From Pirellulales bacterium (GTDB taxonomy: Bacteria; Planctomycetota; Planctomycetia; Pirellulales; PALSA-1355), in the NCBI GenBank assembly GCA_963733035.1, contig CAVTBU010000005.1:1440001-1504000 (forward strand): a stretch of DNA of 64,000 nucleotides. The letters are read 5' to 3'. The notes beneath the pieces were generated by a model, which did no database searches, was not told the DNA's origin, and saw only the letters and a list, made by a program, of their open reading frames with translations. Below, piece by piece: positions 43,626 through 53,362 of the stretch. Numbering within the stretch: the stretch's first letter is position 1; every line of letters starts with the position of its first letter. A program made the translations under genes and the position numbers.

Positions 43626-43779
43626 CAGAGCGTCCTCCTGCTGCGGGAATATAGGGGGGTATTGAGCCAGCGCGATGCTCAATCGATAGCGACTTCCGCA
43701 TTCTAGTCGCGGCCGAAGTAAGGTGCAAAGAACCTTCGCGGAAGCGTCGCAGCGGGCGATGCCGCCGCCACAATCGCCG

Positions 43780-44427
43780 TCAGGTGGTTAGTGATGCTTC
43801 CAGCAAACAGCCGAACTCACGCGGAAAATCGACCGAAACGCGGGCATGGACCGCGCCCTGGCGGTCGAGGAAGCGTTGCGTGCCTGCCCGCGTGAACACG
43901 CCGTCATGCCAAATGTTTGGATGAATGTACAATCCCTGCGTGCCGTCGAAGCGAAAACAAACGAACTTTTCGGGCGTCACGTCGTCGCCGGGTAGCGCCA
44001 ACGGAACATAGAACGGCCGCTTATCGAGCGGGAAGAACATCTGACCGCCATCAGGATGGTAATTGGCGTGCCACAACAGCATCCGTTCGGGCGGGCGAGC
44101 GTGCGTTTGATCTGCGGTGGCCGGTTCGACACCGTAGGCCAGGATGTAATGGCCATCGACGGCCTCGTTGCGCCCGAATAACACGTCTCCCTTCCACTCG
44201 CTGATGAAAATGCCCTCGGTCGTGCCTCCTTCGTCGCCGCTATCGGAGTCGACGGGCCGCCAACCCTGCGCGGGCCAGCGCACGATTTCAATGGGCTGCA
44301 ACTCGGGGTCGTCTATTAGAGACCCAAAACCAGCGAGAGACTCCCCAGTGGCCTGCACGACGGGCATCGAGACACGACGCAGGTCCGCGGGCAAATTGGG
44401 ATTCAAGTAGTCGATTGCGCTGTGCAT
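43780..44427 (-). CDS. Ureidoglycolate lyase-like cupin protein
   Basis: ESLAGFG, HANYHPDGGQMFFP, GLYIHPNIWH. Confidence 0.65.
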   Translation of the reverse strand: MHSAIDYLNPNLPADLRRVSMPVVQATGESLAGFGSLIDDPELQPIEIVRWPAQGWRPVDSDSGDEGGTTEGIFISEWKGDVLFGRNEAVDGHYILAYGVEPATADQTHARPPERMLLWHANYHPDGGQMFFPLDKRPFYVPLALPGDDVTPEKFVCFRFDGTQGLYIHPNIWHDGVFTRAGTQRFLDRQGAVHARVSVDFPREFGCLLEASLTT

Positions 44428-44674
44428 TAATCGTCGCCTGCCGCGAGGGGCATTTCCATTCGATTTTCAGGGGGGATCCACTGCCGACATTTTACCGGCT
44501 GGCTCGCCCATCGCAAATCGTGGCTGACCAATCAAGCGCGCAGCGATTGCGTCTACCAACCCATTTTGCTCATCGGCATTTTTGCGCGAGCCGCCGCGCA
44601 TGGCCCAGCACCGGCAGAATGTTGGAGCTGACGGTGCTGGACCAAACGAGCTGACTGCGTCAGAACGCGTTCAA

Positions 44675-45349
44675 CTAACGGTAACGGCGTTTGCGAATCG
44701 CGAAGCCGGCGACGCCGAACATGCCAAGGCCGCAGAGAACGACGCTCGACGGTTCCGGCACGGCAACGCTGTAGAATCCCAAACTTATCGACGAATTCGT
44801 ATCGCCTCCGGAAGCCTGACGCACGGTGTTGAGGGGCACAAACCCGCCACCGGTGTCCGCGGAGAACTGGATGTTAATGCTGTAGTCGCCGCCGGCGGAG
44901 TTGTCGATCACCGCTCCGATTGCCGGAAAAGTGTATCCGGCGATGGGAAGCGTGGACCAGGTTGGCGTTCCGGCCGTAATCGAAATATCCATCTTGAGCG
45001 GAATCGACGAATAAAACGTTGAGGTGTCCGGATCCGTCCACGAGGTCGTTCCCGTCCAGGTTCCCGTGCTGCCGCTCACGCTGCTGAAAGTGAGCAGATG
45101 GGCGGAACCGTCGAGCCCGGCCGTGGGCGTTGTCGTGTCCCACAGACCCTGCCACAAGCCTGTCAGGCCGGACACGTCAAAGGCGCTGTAGTTCGCCGTC
45201 ACACCCCCGGGGTCACCTGGAGAACCAGAGGACGAATAGCTATTTCCGCCGGGCGCCGGGTAGTCCGGCCCCGCCGGAATCGTGTCGGCGAGGACGAAGC
45301 GAGAGAAGGTGGCCAATAATAGTACACAAACGCAAGTTCTAAGAGTCAT
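44675..45349 (-). CDS. PEP-CTERM sorting domain protein
   Basis: GGAGG RBS, signal peptide, Ser/Thr/Gly-rich body, VPEPSSVVLCGLGMFGVAGFAIRKRR. Confidence 0.9.
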   Translation of the reverse strand: MTLRTCVCVLLLATFSRFVLADTIPAGPDYPAPGGNSYSSSGSPGDPGGVTANYSAFDVSGLTGLWQGLWDTTTPTAGLDGSAHLLTFSSVSGSTGTWTGTTSWTDPDTSTFYSSIPLKMDISITAGTPTWSTLPIAGYTFPAIGAVIDNSAGGDYSINIQFSADTGGGFVPLNTVRQASGGDTNSSISLGFYSVAVPEPSSVVLCGLGMFGVAGFAIRKRRYR

Positions 45350-45701
45350 TAGCGTTCCTCCCAGTCAAGGCGGTTTGTAACGCGCGCAAAGTTAAATGAG
45401 ACCGCGCGCCTCTCCAATATGTAAAGGAACGCATTCGGAGGAGACGGAACCTCAGCGCCTCAGAAAAAATCGAGAATCGCTATCGATGACGAGCAACTTC
45501 GACTGCAAGGCGCGCAGCCAGCGCGGTGCGTTCGCACACTCTGCTAACAACCTGCACGCACCGCGACGAGACTTCCCGTATTTGCTTGACCCTCGGTGCA
45601 GACCCCGATAACCTGCCGACTGGGTTCCAGCTTTGCTTGGCCCCGGAGCGTGCGAAAAACTACCTCGTCTATTTGGGCTCACATGTTCGAGGAGTTCGCT
45701 A

Positions 45702-46334
45702 ATGATCACGACCGCCGCTGTTTGCGATGTTGCAACGCACGGCCGAAACGATTCGCTTGACGACTGGCTCGCACTGGCCCGCCAGGGATCGGTATCGGCG
45801 CTGGGACATGTCTTGAACTCACAACGCGGCCCTTTGTTGACCTTGGCACGCCGCGGTCTCGATGCTCGGCTGCAAGCAAAAGTCGGCGCCGAGGACCTTG
45901 TGCAGGAAACGTTCGTTCAGGCCCAGAAGGACTTCGAGCAATTTCGCGGTGGTAGCTATCATGAATTCAGCAGTTGGCTGCGCTCGATCCTTGCCAATCG
46001 CCTGGCCAACAGCGTTCGCCACTATCGACACACGAAACAGCGCACGATCGATCGCGAATTGTCGCACACGGCCGCGGCCTCGCGATTGCGGGTTGTGTGT
46101 GACGATGTATCCGGCCCAAATGCAACGCTGATCCAACGCGATGAACAACAACGAATGCGATTGGCTCTGTCGCGACTCTCTCTGGAACAGAGAACGGTCC
46201 TTCTTGAACACACATGCCAAGGGCTTTCGTTTGCGAGGATTGCCGAGCGGCATCACAATTCGCCGAAACAGGCCCGACTTGCCTGGCATCGTGCGGTCCG
46301 GAAACTAGGACGACTACTGACCGGAATCGATTGA
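45702..46334 (+). CDS. ECF sigma-70 factor (planctomycete type)
   Basis: ARQGSVSALG, LQAKVGAEDLVQETF, FSSWLRSILANR, ALSRLSLEQRTVL, GLSFARIA, AWHRAVRKL. Confidence 0.88.
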   Translation: MITTAAVCDVATHGRNDSLDDWLALARQGSVSALGHVLNSQRGPLLTLARRGLDARLQAKVGAEDLVQETFVQAQKDFEQFRGGSYHEFSSWLRSILANRLANSVRHYRHTKQRTIDRELSHTAAASRLRVVCDDVSGPNATLIQRDEQQRMRLALSRLSLEQRTVLLEHTCQGLSFARIAERHHNSPKQARLAWHRAVRKLGRLLTGID

Positions 46335-46466
46335 ATCGCTCCTGATCCGATCGTGCGCTTTTGAGGCGCGGCAATTCCGGTCTATGATGGCGGATGCCGC
46401 GTTGCGGCACTCTCGAGAATCCGCCTGACGTCTCGCATCACATTTGCCCAGGTACCTCATCGTCCT

Positions 46467-48065
46467 ATGTCCACCCTCTGGAAAGCTTGCGAATTTGCCA
46501 ACAAGATCCATTGGCCACGCATCACCGCGCTGGGCTGCCTCTTCGCCGGTTCGTTTCTCGCCGAGGCATGTGCCGGCGAGGCAAAGCCGAACGTTGTGGT
46601 TATTCTGGCTGACGATCTCGGCTACGGTGATCCGGCTTGCTACGGAGGCCAGATTTCCACGCCCAACCTCGATGGATTGGCGGCGGCCGGAATGCGCTTT
46701 ACGGATGCTCACACAAGTTCCTCGGTCTGTTCTCCGACGCGCTATGGATTGCTGACCGGCCGATATAACTGGCGATCGAAACTCAAACACGGAGTCTTGG
46801 GTGGCCTGAGCCCCCGACTGATTGAGCCAGACCGGCTGACAATCGGCTCGCTCTTGCAAGCCCAGGGCTACACGACCGCCGCCGTCGGCAAATGGCACCT
46901 CGGCATGAATTGGGTCGTCAAGCCAGGCGCGTCGGTAACCGAACTTGGCATCGAGCCCCGAGAACAAGTGTTTAACGTCGAATACGGAGAGCCGATTGCC
47001 GCGGGACCGAACAGCGTCGGTTTTGACTACTACTATGGCATCAGCGCGTCGCTGGACATGGTGCCCTATACGTTTATCGAAAACAACCGAGTAGTTGCGC
47101 TGCCGACCGAGGATCGCAGCTTCCTGATGATGCACGGTCGCCCAAAGGGAGGCCGCACGCGGCAGGGTCCGGCAGCGCCAGGTTTCGACGCGGTCGACGT
47201 GCTCCCCGCGATCGCCAGCAAGACCTGCGAGTTCATCGAGAAGCATGCCGCGATGGCACGCCAGTACAAACCGTTCTTTATCTACGTGCCGCTGACAGCC
47301 CCGCACACGCCTATCCTGCCGTCACGCGACTGGCAGGGCAAAAGTGACATGACTCCGTACGCCGATTTCGTCATGCAGACCGACGCGGCCGTCGGACAAA
47401 TCTTGGCGGCACTCGAAGAACAACAACTGGACGAAAACACGCTGGTGATTGTCACGAGTGACAATGGATGTTCGCCCAGCGCGGACTTCGCACAGCTTGC
47501 CGAGCACGGGCATTACCCCAGCGGTCCCCTTCGAGGCCACAAAGCGGACATTTTCGAGGGCGGGCATCGCGTTCCGTTCATCGTACGCTGGCCGGGCAAA
47601 GTCGGCGCGGGGACTAAGAGCACGCAATTGATCTGCTTGACCGACGTATTGGCCACGGTGGCGGAAATCGTCGGCGCGCCGCTGTCTGACAATGCAGCCG
47701 AGGACAGTATCAGCTTTCTGCCGACCTTGCAGGGAAAAACCAGTGCGGGCCGCGACCACCTGGTCTCGCACTCCATCAATGGATCATTCGCGATTCGGAA
47801 AGGTCCGTGGAAGCTGCTGCTGTGCCCCGATTCGGGAGGGTGGAGCCAACCCCGGCCGGGCACGCCCGCGAGCAAGTCGTTGCCTTCCCGGCAGCTCTAT
47901 AACCTTGACGAAGATCTTGGAGAGCAAACGAACCTGATCGACCAGAACTCGGAAATGGAGCAACACCTCCACGCCCTGCTGCAGGATATGGTTGACCGCG
48001 GCCGGACGACTCCCGGTGGCAGGCAGCCGAACACCGGGCAGGTCGACATCGAGCCTTCGCGGTAG
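46467..48065 (+). CDS. Arylsulfatase (family S1)
   Basis: PNVVVILADDLGYGD, CSPTR formylglycine motif, GKWHLG, TSDNG, RGHKADIFEGGHRVPF. Confidence 0.95.
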   Translation: MSTLWKACEFANKIHWPRITALGCLFAGSFLAEACAGEAKPNVVVILADDLGYGDPACYGGQISTPNLDGLAAAGMRFTDAHTSSSVCSPTRYGLLTGRYNWRSKLKHGVLGGLSPRLIEPDRLTIGSLLQAQGYTTAAVGKWHLGMNWVVKPGASVTELGIEPREQVFNVEYGEPIAAGPNSVGFDYYYGISASLDMVPYTFIENNRVVALPTEDRSFLMMHGRPKGGRTRQGPAAPGFDAVDVLPAIASKTCEFIEKHAAMARQYKPFFIYVPLTAPHTPILPSRDWQGKSDMTPYADFVMQTDAAVGQILAALEEQQLDENTLVIVTSDNGCSPSADFAQLAEHGHYPSGPLRGHKADIFEGGHRVPFIVRWPGKVGAGTKSTQLICLTDVLATVAEIVGAPLSDNAAEDSISFLPTLQGKTSAGRDHLVSHSINGSFAIRKGPWKLLLCPDSGGWSQPRPGTPASKSLPSRQLYNLDEDLGEQTNLIDQNSEMEQHLHALLQDMVDRGRTTPGGRQPNTGQVDIEPSR

Positions 48066-48245
48066 CAGACCGTTGAAAAGAGACCTCGCGGCCGGGCGGT
48101 AGTATAATCAGCCCCATGGTCTGCTGGGCGAAGTTTCGTAAGCTCGGCTTTGTAATCTCAGCGGGGCCACTTGTTGACACTGCGATTCGCAATCGCTCCA
48201 CCGCCGTCATCTAGTTCATCATCACACTCAACCCCGAACAACTCC

Positions 48246-49544
48246 ATGCTTCCACAACGACTCCTGACGCTCGTCATCATAACCTGCTCGCTTTGTTCGT
48301 TGGCACAGGCCGAACTGAAGGTCGGCGTTGGCAAGGCGATCATCACGCCCGATCCGCTGCTGCCTGTCTCCGGCGGCGTCGGCCCCGGCAATCCGTCCAC
48401 CGGCAAGCAGGGCGAGCTGACCGCTCGCGCCATGGTCTTCCAACAGGGTGAAACCACAGTCGCTTTCGTGCAACTCGACCTCCTTGGCTTCCCCTCGGTA
48501 CTTTGCGAACGCGTTCACAAACAGGTCCCTCGCATTCCGGCCGACAACATTCTTATTGGCTCGACGCACACGCATAGTGCTCCAGACTGCTACGGCTTTC
48601 CTGGCCCCAACGGTAGAGCCTCGGGCAATCTGAAGTACATGGACTTTGTCTGCAATCAGGCGGCGATTGCCATCAACCAGGCGTTCGACAACCTTCAGAC
48701 CGCCCAACTCAAGATGGCCACCGGCGAAGCCAAGGGAAAGATCGCCTACAACTATTACGCTCCGGAGCTTTACGATCCGCGGATGAGCGTCATTCAGGCC
48801 GTCTCCCCAGCCGGCGAAACGATCTGCACTTTGGTCAACTATGCCATCCATCCGGAAGTTCTCGGCAGCGGAGTCGGCCTTGTCAGCCCCGACCTTGTCG
48901 GCCCGCTGTGCGACAAACTCGAGACCGATCTTGGCGGCATGGGAATGTTCATGAACGGCGCACAAGGAGGCATGATCACGGCCGACAACCGTCGGCTTGA
49001 AAACCCCTCCGACCCGATCCACGCGAAGTGGCACGACTCCCGCACCTGGGAAGAGTGCCTGCGGATTGGTCAACTGATGGCCTCCGAAGCGGAGCGTATT
49101 GTCAAAGACGCCAAACCGCAAACCGACCCCGGCCTTGCCTGCTTTGCCCGGGAGGTCAAGTTCCCGGTTGCTTCCGACCTGATGTGGACCATCATCTTGG
49201 CCTCGCCGTTGAAGTATCCGCACAATAGCGACAAGTCGATCACCACGCGTATGAACCTGGTGAATCTCGGCAACGCCCAGATCCTCACCATCCCGGGCGA
49301 AGCCCTCCCCAACATCGGCTACTACATCAAGCGACACATGAAAGGGGAAAACAATCTACTGTTCGGCCTCACCAACGACGCCTTTGGCTACATCCTCACC
49401 AAGGTCGATTTCAATAGCTTCAAGCGCTACGAATACGTCTCACGTACCTCACTCGGCGAAATGACGGGCGAAATCCTCATTGAGAACGCGCTCGAATTGA
49501 TCGAAGAGTCGCCCGCGCCGGAAGCAATCGACGGCAAGAATTGA
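48246..49544 (+). CDS. Neutral/alkaline ceramidase-like secreted hydrolase
   Basis: Signal peptide, LKVGVGKAIITP, STHTHSAPD, LVNYAIHP, NGAQG, TIPGE, NDAFGYI. Confidence 0.8.
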   Translation: MLPQRLLTLVIITCSLCSLAQAELKVGVGKAIITPDPLLPVSGGVGPGNPSTGKQGELTARAMVFQQGETTVAFVQLDLLGFPSVLCERVHKQVPRIPADNILIGSTHTHSAPDCYGFPGPNGRASGNLKYMDFVCNQAAIAINQAFDNLQTAQLKMATGEAKGKIAYNYYAPELYDPRMSVIQAVSPAGETICTLVNYAIHPEVLGSGVGLVSPDLVGPLCDKLETDLGGMGMFMNGAQGGMITADNRRLENPSDPIHAKWHDSRTWEECLRIGQLMASEAERIVKDAKPQTDPGLACFAREVKFPVASDLMWTIILASPLKYPHNSDKSITTRMNLVNLGNAQILTIPGEALPNIGYYIKRHMKGENNLLFGLTNDAFGYILTKVDFNSFKRYEYVSRTSLGEMTGEILIENALELIEESPAPEAIDGKN

Positions 49545-49606
49545 CGGGCGGCATTTCAGGCTGATTGACATTACTTACTACGGCAGCGAATCATCGCCGC
49601 CATACG

Positions 49607-49639
49607 AAAATCGGCCGCTGTCCGGTGGAGACAGCGGCC
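49607..49639 (-). terminator. Probable intrinsic terminator between convergent genes
   Basis: GGCCGCTGTC-N7-GACAGCGGCC perfect 10-bp stem; short T tail on the minus strand. Confidence 0.55.
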
Positions 49640-49763
49640 ATCAGAAAAGCGGGCCAAGCAATTCGAACGTTCGATCGGACCAAGGAGTCGATTGGTTCGC
49701 GGCGCAGGGATGGTTAACTCTGCGATGCGCGGGGTGCGTCAGCCGGCGAAACACGGTTGACGC

Positions 49764-50852
49764 TCAGCATCCCCTTCTTCGTCCGATCAGGACCAGTGCG
49801 ACGAGCCCCAGGCCCGCGATCATCAGCGATGAAGGTTCCGGAATCGCCATGCAGGCATTGTTGATCCAAGCGATGTCGGCCGCGGTGAGCAAGTTTGCGC
49901 CGCTTGCGATGTTATCCGAGAACAGTTGCGGGTTGTTGTTATTTCCAAAAGTGTGCACGGCGAAAATCGTGTCGCTAAACGCACTGATCGTCTGCGTTCC
50001 TACTGGATCTCCGTACACGTCGGTCAACCCGTCGACCGTGAAGTTCACCGCATCGGACGTGAAATATGGCCCGCCGGAATCACCACCGAAACTTGACCCG
50101 ACACCTAAATCCGGGTTGCCGGGACTGACGGGGCCGGGGTTCCATTTCACATCGGTATAGGTGTAACCATCATGTGCCGCCCCGGCGTTAACGCTCACGG
50201 GATTCGCATTGTCGAAGCGTTGGATGCCGACTGACAATTGAGGCGTAAACCCGTCCTGGATGCCCGAATCGTAATGCGGCACGCCGGTGAGACCGTATCC
50301 CACTTCCGTGAAGGTTCCTGGTAAGTTGCCGAGAGTGAGACTAGCCGGGGGAGTCCAGAGTTGAAGGTCTTGGACGCTGACGAAAAACGGATCGACCACG
50401 CCATAGCGGATGAAAGCCACCGCGAGATCCTCATTTCCTGTCGAACCGCCGCGCACGGTGTTCACGATGGGATAGGTGGCCGCAAAGCTATTGGCCGGGT
50501 TCGTGCCGTCGCCAAAATAGCCAAAGCCGATGCTATTGGCGCCTGCCGCGACGACATGGTCGGCCGTGAGTACGCAGAAGTAACCGATTTGTTGGGCCCC
50601 TTCAGTGATATAGTGTGACCCAATAATCGAACCAGTTCCGACGTCGACGGTCGGACTTTTGGTCATGTCGACCACCGAATAGAAGTTGCTAAAAGCCGTG
50701 GGATTTGTCGTTTGCTGGACCGGCGCGGTTGCCCAGGCCGAATGACACACCATGAACAAAGCGCTGCATGCCAAGATGACTGGGATGGGCAATCGCCCGA
50801 TTCGAGATCGGGACTGTCGAGCGTGGTCGCGGAACGTCGCTTTGCCATTCAT
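49764..50852 (-). CDS. PEP-CTERM trypsin-like (S1) serine protease
   Basis: Signal peptide, VLTADH, EDLAV, GGDSGGP catalytic triad motifs, IPEPSSLMIAGLGLVALVLIGRRR. Confidence 0.88.
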   Translation of the reverse strand: MNGKATFRDHARQSRSRIGRLPIPVILACSALFMVCHSAWATAPVQQTTNPTAFSNFYSVVDMTKSPTVDVGTGSIIGSHYITEGAQQIGYFCVLTADHVVAAGANSIGFGYFGDGTNPANSFAATYPIVNTVRGGSTGNEDLAVAFIRYGVVDPFFVSVQDLQLWTPPASLTLGNLPGTFTEVGYGLTGVPHYDSGIQDGFTPQLSVGIQRFDNANPVSVNAGAAHDGYTYTDVKWNPGPVSPGNPDLGVGSSFGGDSGGPYFTSDAVNFTVDGLTDVYGDPVGTQTISAFSDTIFAVHTFGNNNNPQLFSDNIASGANLLTAADIAWINNACMAIPEPSSLMIAGLGLVALVLIGRRRGC

Positions 50853-51196
50853 CAGCGATCTCCTTGGTTAGACGGTCGCCGAAGTGGACATGGGGCAGAC
50901 AGTGGATCGCCGTGTCGACATTCAAGGCAGACCGCGGACTAGAAAACCCACGATTGCACACTGTAGCGTGCCGTGAGACATAGTCAACAAAAAGCTGCGA
51001 GAAGTCAGTTTTCAACAACGGATTCTCGCCTTGCACCGTTCCGACCTGCCTCGGGCTTGAACGTTGCGGAGACGCACAAAACCGACAGATCGCCGGCACT
51101 TGGCACACTGAGGAGAACACGATGTCGAAGCAAGCCGCCGCGCCTGATCCCAATGCATACGGCCGCTGTCCACGCCAGACAACGGCCGTCACAAAG

Positions 51197-51241
51197 AGCG
51201 GGCGAAGGGATTCGAACCCTCGACATCCAGCTTGGGAAGCT
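51197..51241 (-). mobile_element. Duplicated 3' half of tRNA-Gly(CCC): probable att site of an integrated element
   Basis: Minus strand AGCTTCCCAAGCTGGATGTCGAGGGTTCGAATCCCTTCGCCCGCT gives anticodon loop, T-arm and 3' acceptor strand; no D-arm or 5' acceptor strand upstream. Confidence 0.8.
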
Positions 51242-51565
51242 ACCCGCTCCAATCCCTAAGTGCCAACTCCGGCCAACTTACGTCGACCGATTCTTCGGCT
51301 TGCACCGCAGCTTGCACCAGCTGTGCAACGGCTGAAAAGCAAGAGCCCATCTCCGCCGTTAGAAGTTCGCGACCCCGTGTCGCCAAAGCCCTGACGGCGC
51401 TCGGAACGTTCGTCGAAAAGTTGCTCGCGCTCTCATCGCGCGACCGCGAGCAGCTAATCGCCCTACTCGAAACGGCAGAAGGCGAGCAGCCAAATCATCA
51501 CGCGAACGCGTGCACCGGCGAAGATGCGCATTAAGTCCCAATTGATTCTGCATAAAACGAGGTTC

Positions 51566-52009
51566 ATGACGATGGGCGGTATTGGTAGTGGAAGGCGGCT
51601 TGGTAGATGTCCTCGTCTGACGACGGATGACTGTCTGTGTCTCGATGTGAATCAGCTGTCCAGAGACGGCGTGCTCTGCCCGAGCTGGCGGGGACTACTG
51701 CACTGGAAGTTGCACGGGTCGAACGAATTATTTGCCAGCCTTCGATGCATCGCCGAACTTGACAGCCAGGGCCACCGACGCCTCCGCCTCAGCTACAGAC
51801 TCGACGATGGTCGCGAAATCGAAACTTTCATTCACATCCTGACGAGCCGACCTCATTTCGGAGGCGTGCGGAATTGGTTCCAGTGCCCCGGCGGGCGTCT
51901 TGGCACCGTTTGCGCTAGACGCGTAACGAAGCTCTATCTACGCGGCTCGCATTTTCTGTGTCGGCATTGTCAGGATCTGCGATACCGATCACGGTCAAAT
52001 CGGAGGTAG
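51566..52009 (+). CDS. Hypothetical island protein with C-terminal Cys4 zinc-finger-like motif
   Basis: MGGIGSGR..., PHFGGVRNWFQCP...CARRVTKLY...FLCRHCQDLRYRS. Confidence 0.7.
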   Translation: MTMGGIGSGRRLGRCPRLTTDDCLCLDVNQLSRDGVLCPSWRGLLHWKLHGSNELFASLRCIAELDSQGHRRLRLSYRLDDGREIETFIHILTSRPHFGGVRNWFQCPGGRLGTVCARRVTKLYLRGSHFLCRHCQDLRYRSRSNRR

Positions 52010-52055
52010 CGGTCGTTCAAGATAACCGAGTTTCTTTCGTCAAAGGAGTTTTCAA

Positions 52056-52323
52056 ATGGGTAGAAGTGTACTACCGCCGTACACGCCAGAGCAAATTGCC
52101 ATATTGGCCCAAGCCTTGGAGAAGGCGATTGAACAGATCGCCTATCAAGAGGAGGTCATGCGCAGAGCGCAAATCAAAAAGCGTCACGCTTGGCGACGCT
52201 ATGCTGCACAGGAGCTATCACCGCATTCTTCGATTCGCCGTTGCCCTTGAGCGCGGGGTTAATCAAGCCATCGACTGTCCGCGTCCGGTCCCCTGGGACG
52301 ACCGCCGAAATTGCGAAGGCTAA
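52056..52323 (+). CDS. Small hypothetical protein; probable frameshift at ~52168
   Basis: AAGGAG RBS; MGRSVLPPYTPEQIAILAQALEKA... continues plausibly as SVTLGDAMLHRSYHRILRFAVALERG in the +1 frame. Confidence 0.45.
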
Positions 52324-52352
52324 ATACTTCACCTTAAAAACGAGAGGTCAGC

Positions 52353-52952
52353 ATGTACTTGCAATGTCACGTCACCGCTTCGACTCGTCGGAGGTCCATC
52401 GAAGACTACGTTCGCGAGGTCAATGTCGATGTAATGGAGTATGGAGAGGAGGGAGCCATAGAGATTCTTCTTGGCCGGTTTGCATTCCAGCAAATCTTAT
52501 GGTCAGAGATTGAGTTGGATGGACAAGACGCGCATTCGGTTTTTGAAGAGTACTCGGACGACCTCGAGGCAGTCTATTTTTGTTTTGTCGACGAGTACGG
52601 CGATATACGATCTGAGTTTCAGGCGGAGGCACACGTCTCCCGCATCGTGGTCCTTGACCGGATGGTCTTGCACCCAAAGATCCTTAAACACGGCCAGCAT
52701 CTCTTGGAGGCTGCGCTCAATCTCTTCGGCACTAGTGTTTTCGTCGTATCTTGGCAAGAAGTGCCGCCACTAGCGGACAAGTCACTCGCAGAATTGGGAT
52801 TCAGAAGGGCTGCGGAGACGAATTTCATCTATCGGCACTCGAGTCTTCGGAGAAGCTACGAGAAGCGGTACCCGCGCGGGTACGAGAAGTTCGTCGATGC
52901 AAAACCCCGTTATGAGCAGTGGGTAATAGATGCGTGGACCAAGACGCAATAA
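52353..52952 (+). CDS. Hypothetical acidic protein
   Basis: 199-aa ORF with GAGG RBS, lower GC; IVVLDRMVLHP...LAELGFRR is weakly GNAT-like. Confidence 0.65.
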   Translation: MYLQCHVTASTRRRSIEDYVREVNVDVMEYGEEGAIEILLGRFAFQQILWSEIELDGQDAHSVFEEYSDDLEAVYFCFVDEYGDIRSEFQAEAHVSRIVVLDRMVLHPKILKHGQHLLEAALNLFGTSVFVVSWQEVPPLADKSLAELGFRRAAETNFIYRHSSLRRSYEKRYPRGYEKFVDAKPRYEQWVIDAWTKTQ

Positions 52953-53030
52953 AGCAAATGCGCAAACTGCGAATGGTACCGCTCACACGCCCTCCGTAAA
53001 CAGCGGGGTTTTGTGGGTGCACGGTAGCAG

Positions 53031-53069
53031 AATAAAAACGCCCACGGCGACCGAAGCTGCCGCGGACGT
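53031..53069 (-). terminator. Intrinsic terminator with cUUCGg loop
   Basis: Minus strand ACGTCCGCGGCAGC-TTCG-GTCGCCGTGGGCGT followed by TTTTATT. Confidence 0.65.
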
Positions 53070-53302
53070 GAGTTCCCCGGCTCGACGGAGCTAGGATCGA
53101 GCGGGAACGGTCTCTCCAAACATTAAGGCGCCCAAATGCACGGAAACCGGACACCAGGACAGCATTTGCAAGACCGGCACCTCGCAACGTTTGCCACTGT
53201 TTGTCACACCTGAGAGCGGGGGTGATTTTTCACCTAATGTGGCTGGTAACCGTCGGTCGAATTGTACAAAAGGCAGCCGCCACGAAACGGGGCAGTTGCT
53301 CG

Positions 53303-53344
53303 GCCCGCACCTTTTGCTGCCCCGCAGGTGCGGGCGTTTTTTTT
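53303..53344 (+). terminator. Intrinsic terminator / attenuator ahead of a small ORF
   Basis: GCCCGCACCT-N13-AGGTGCGGGC-G-T8, 18 nt before ATG 53363. Confidence 0.7.
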
Positions 53345-53362
53345 ACTCGACGAACAAGAACC

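Noticed and set aside
51197..51270. Complete tRNA-Gly gene
   Set aside because: No 5' acceptor strand or D-arm, and the anticodon stem is only partly paired; treated as an att duplicate.
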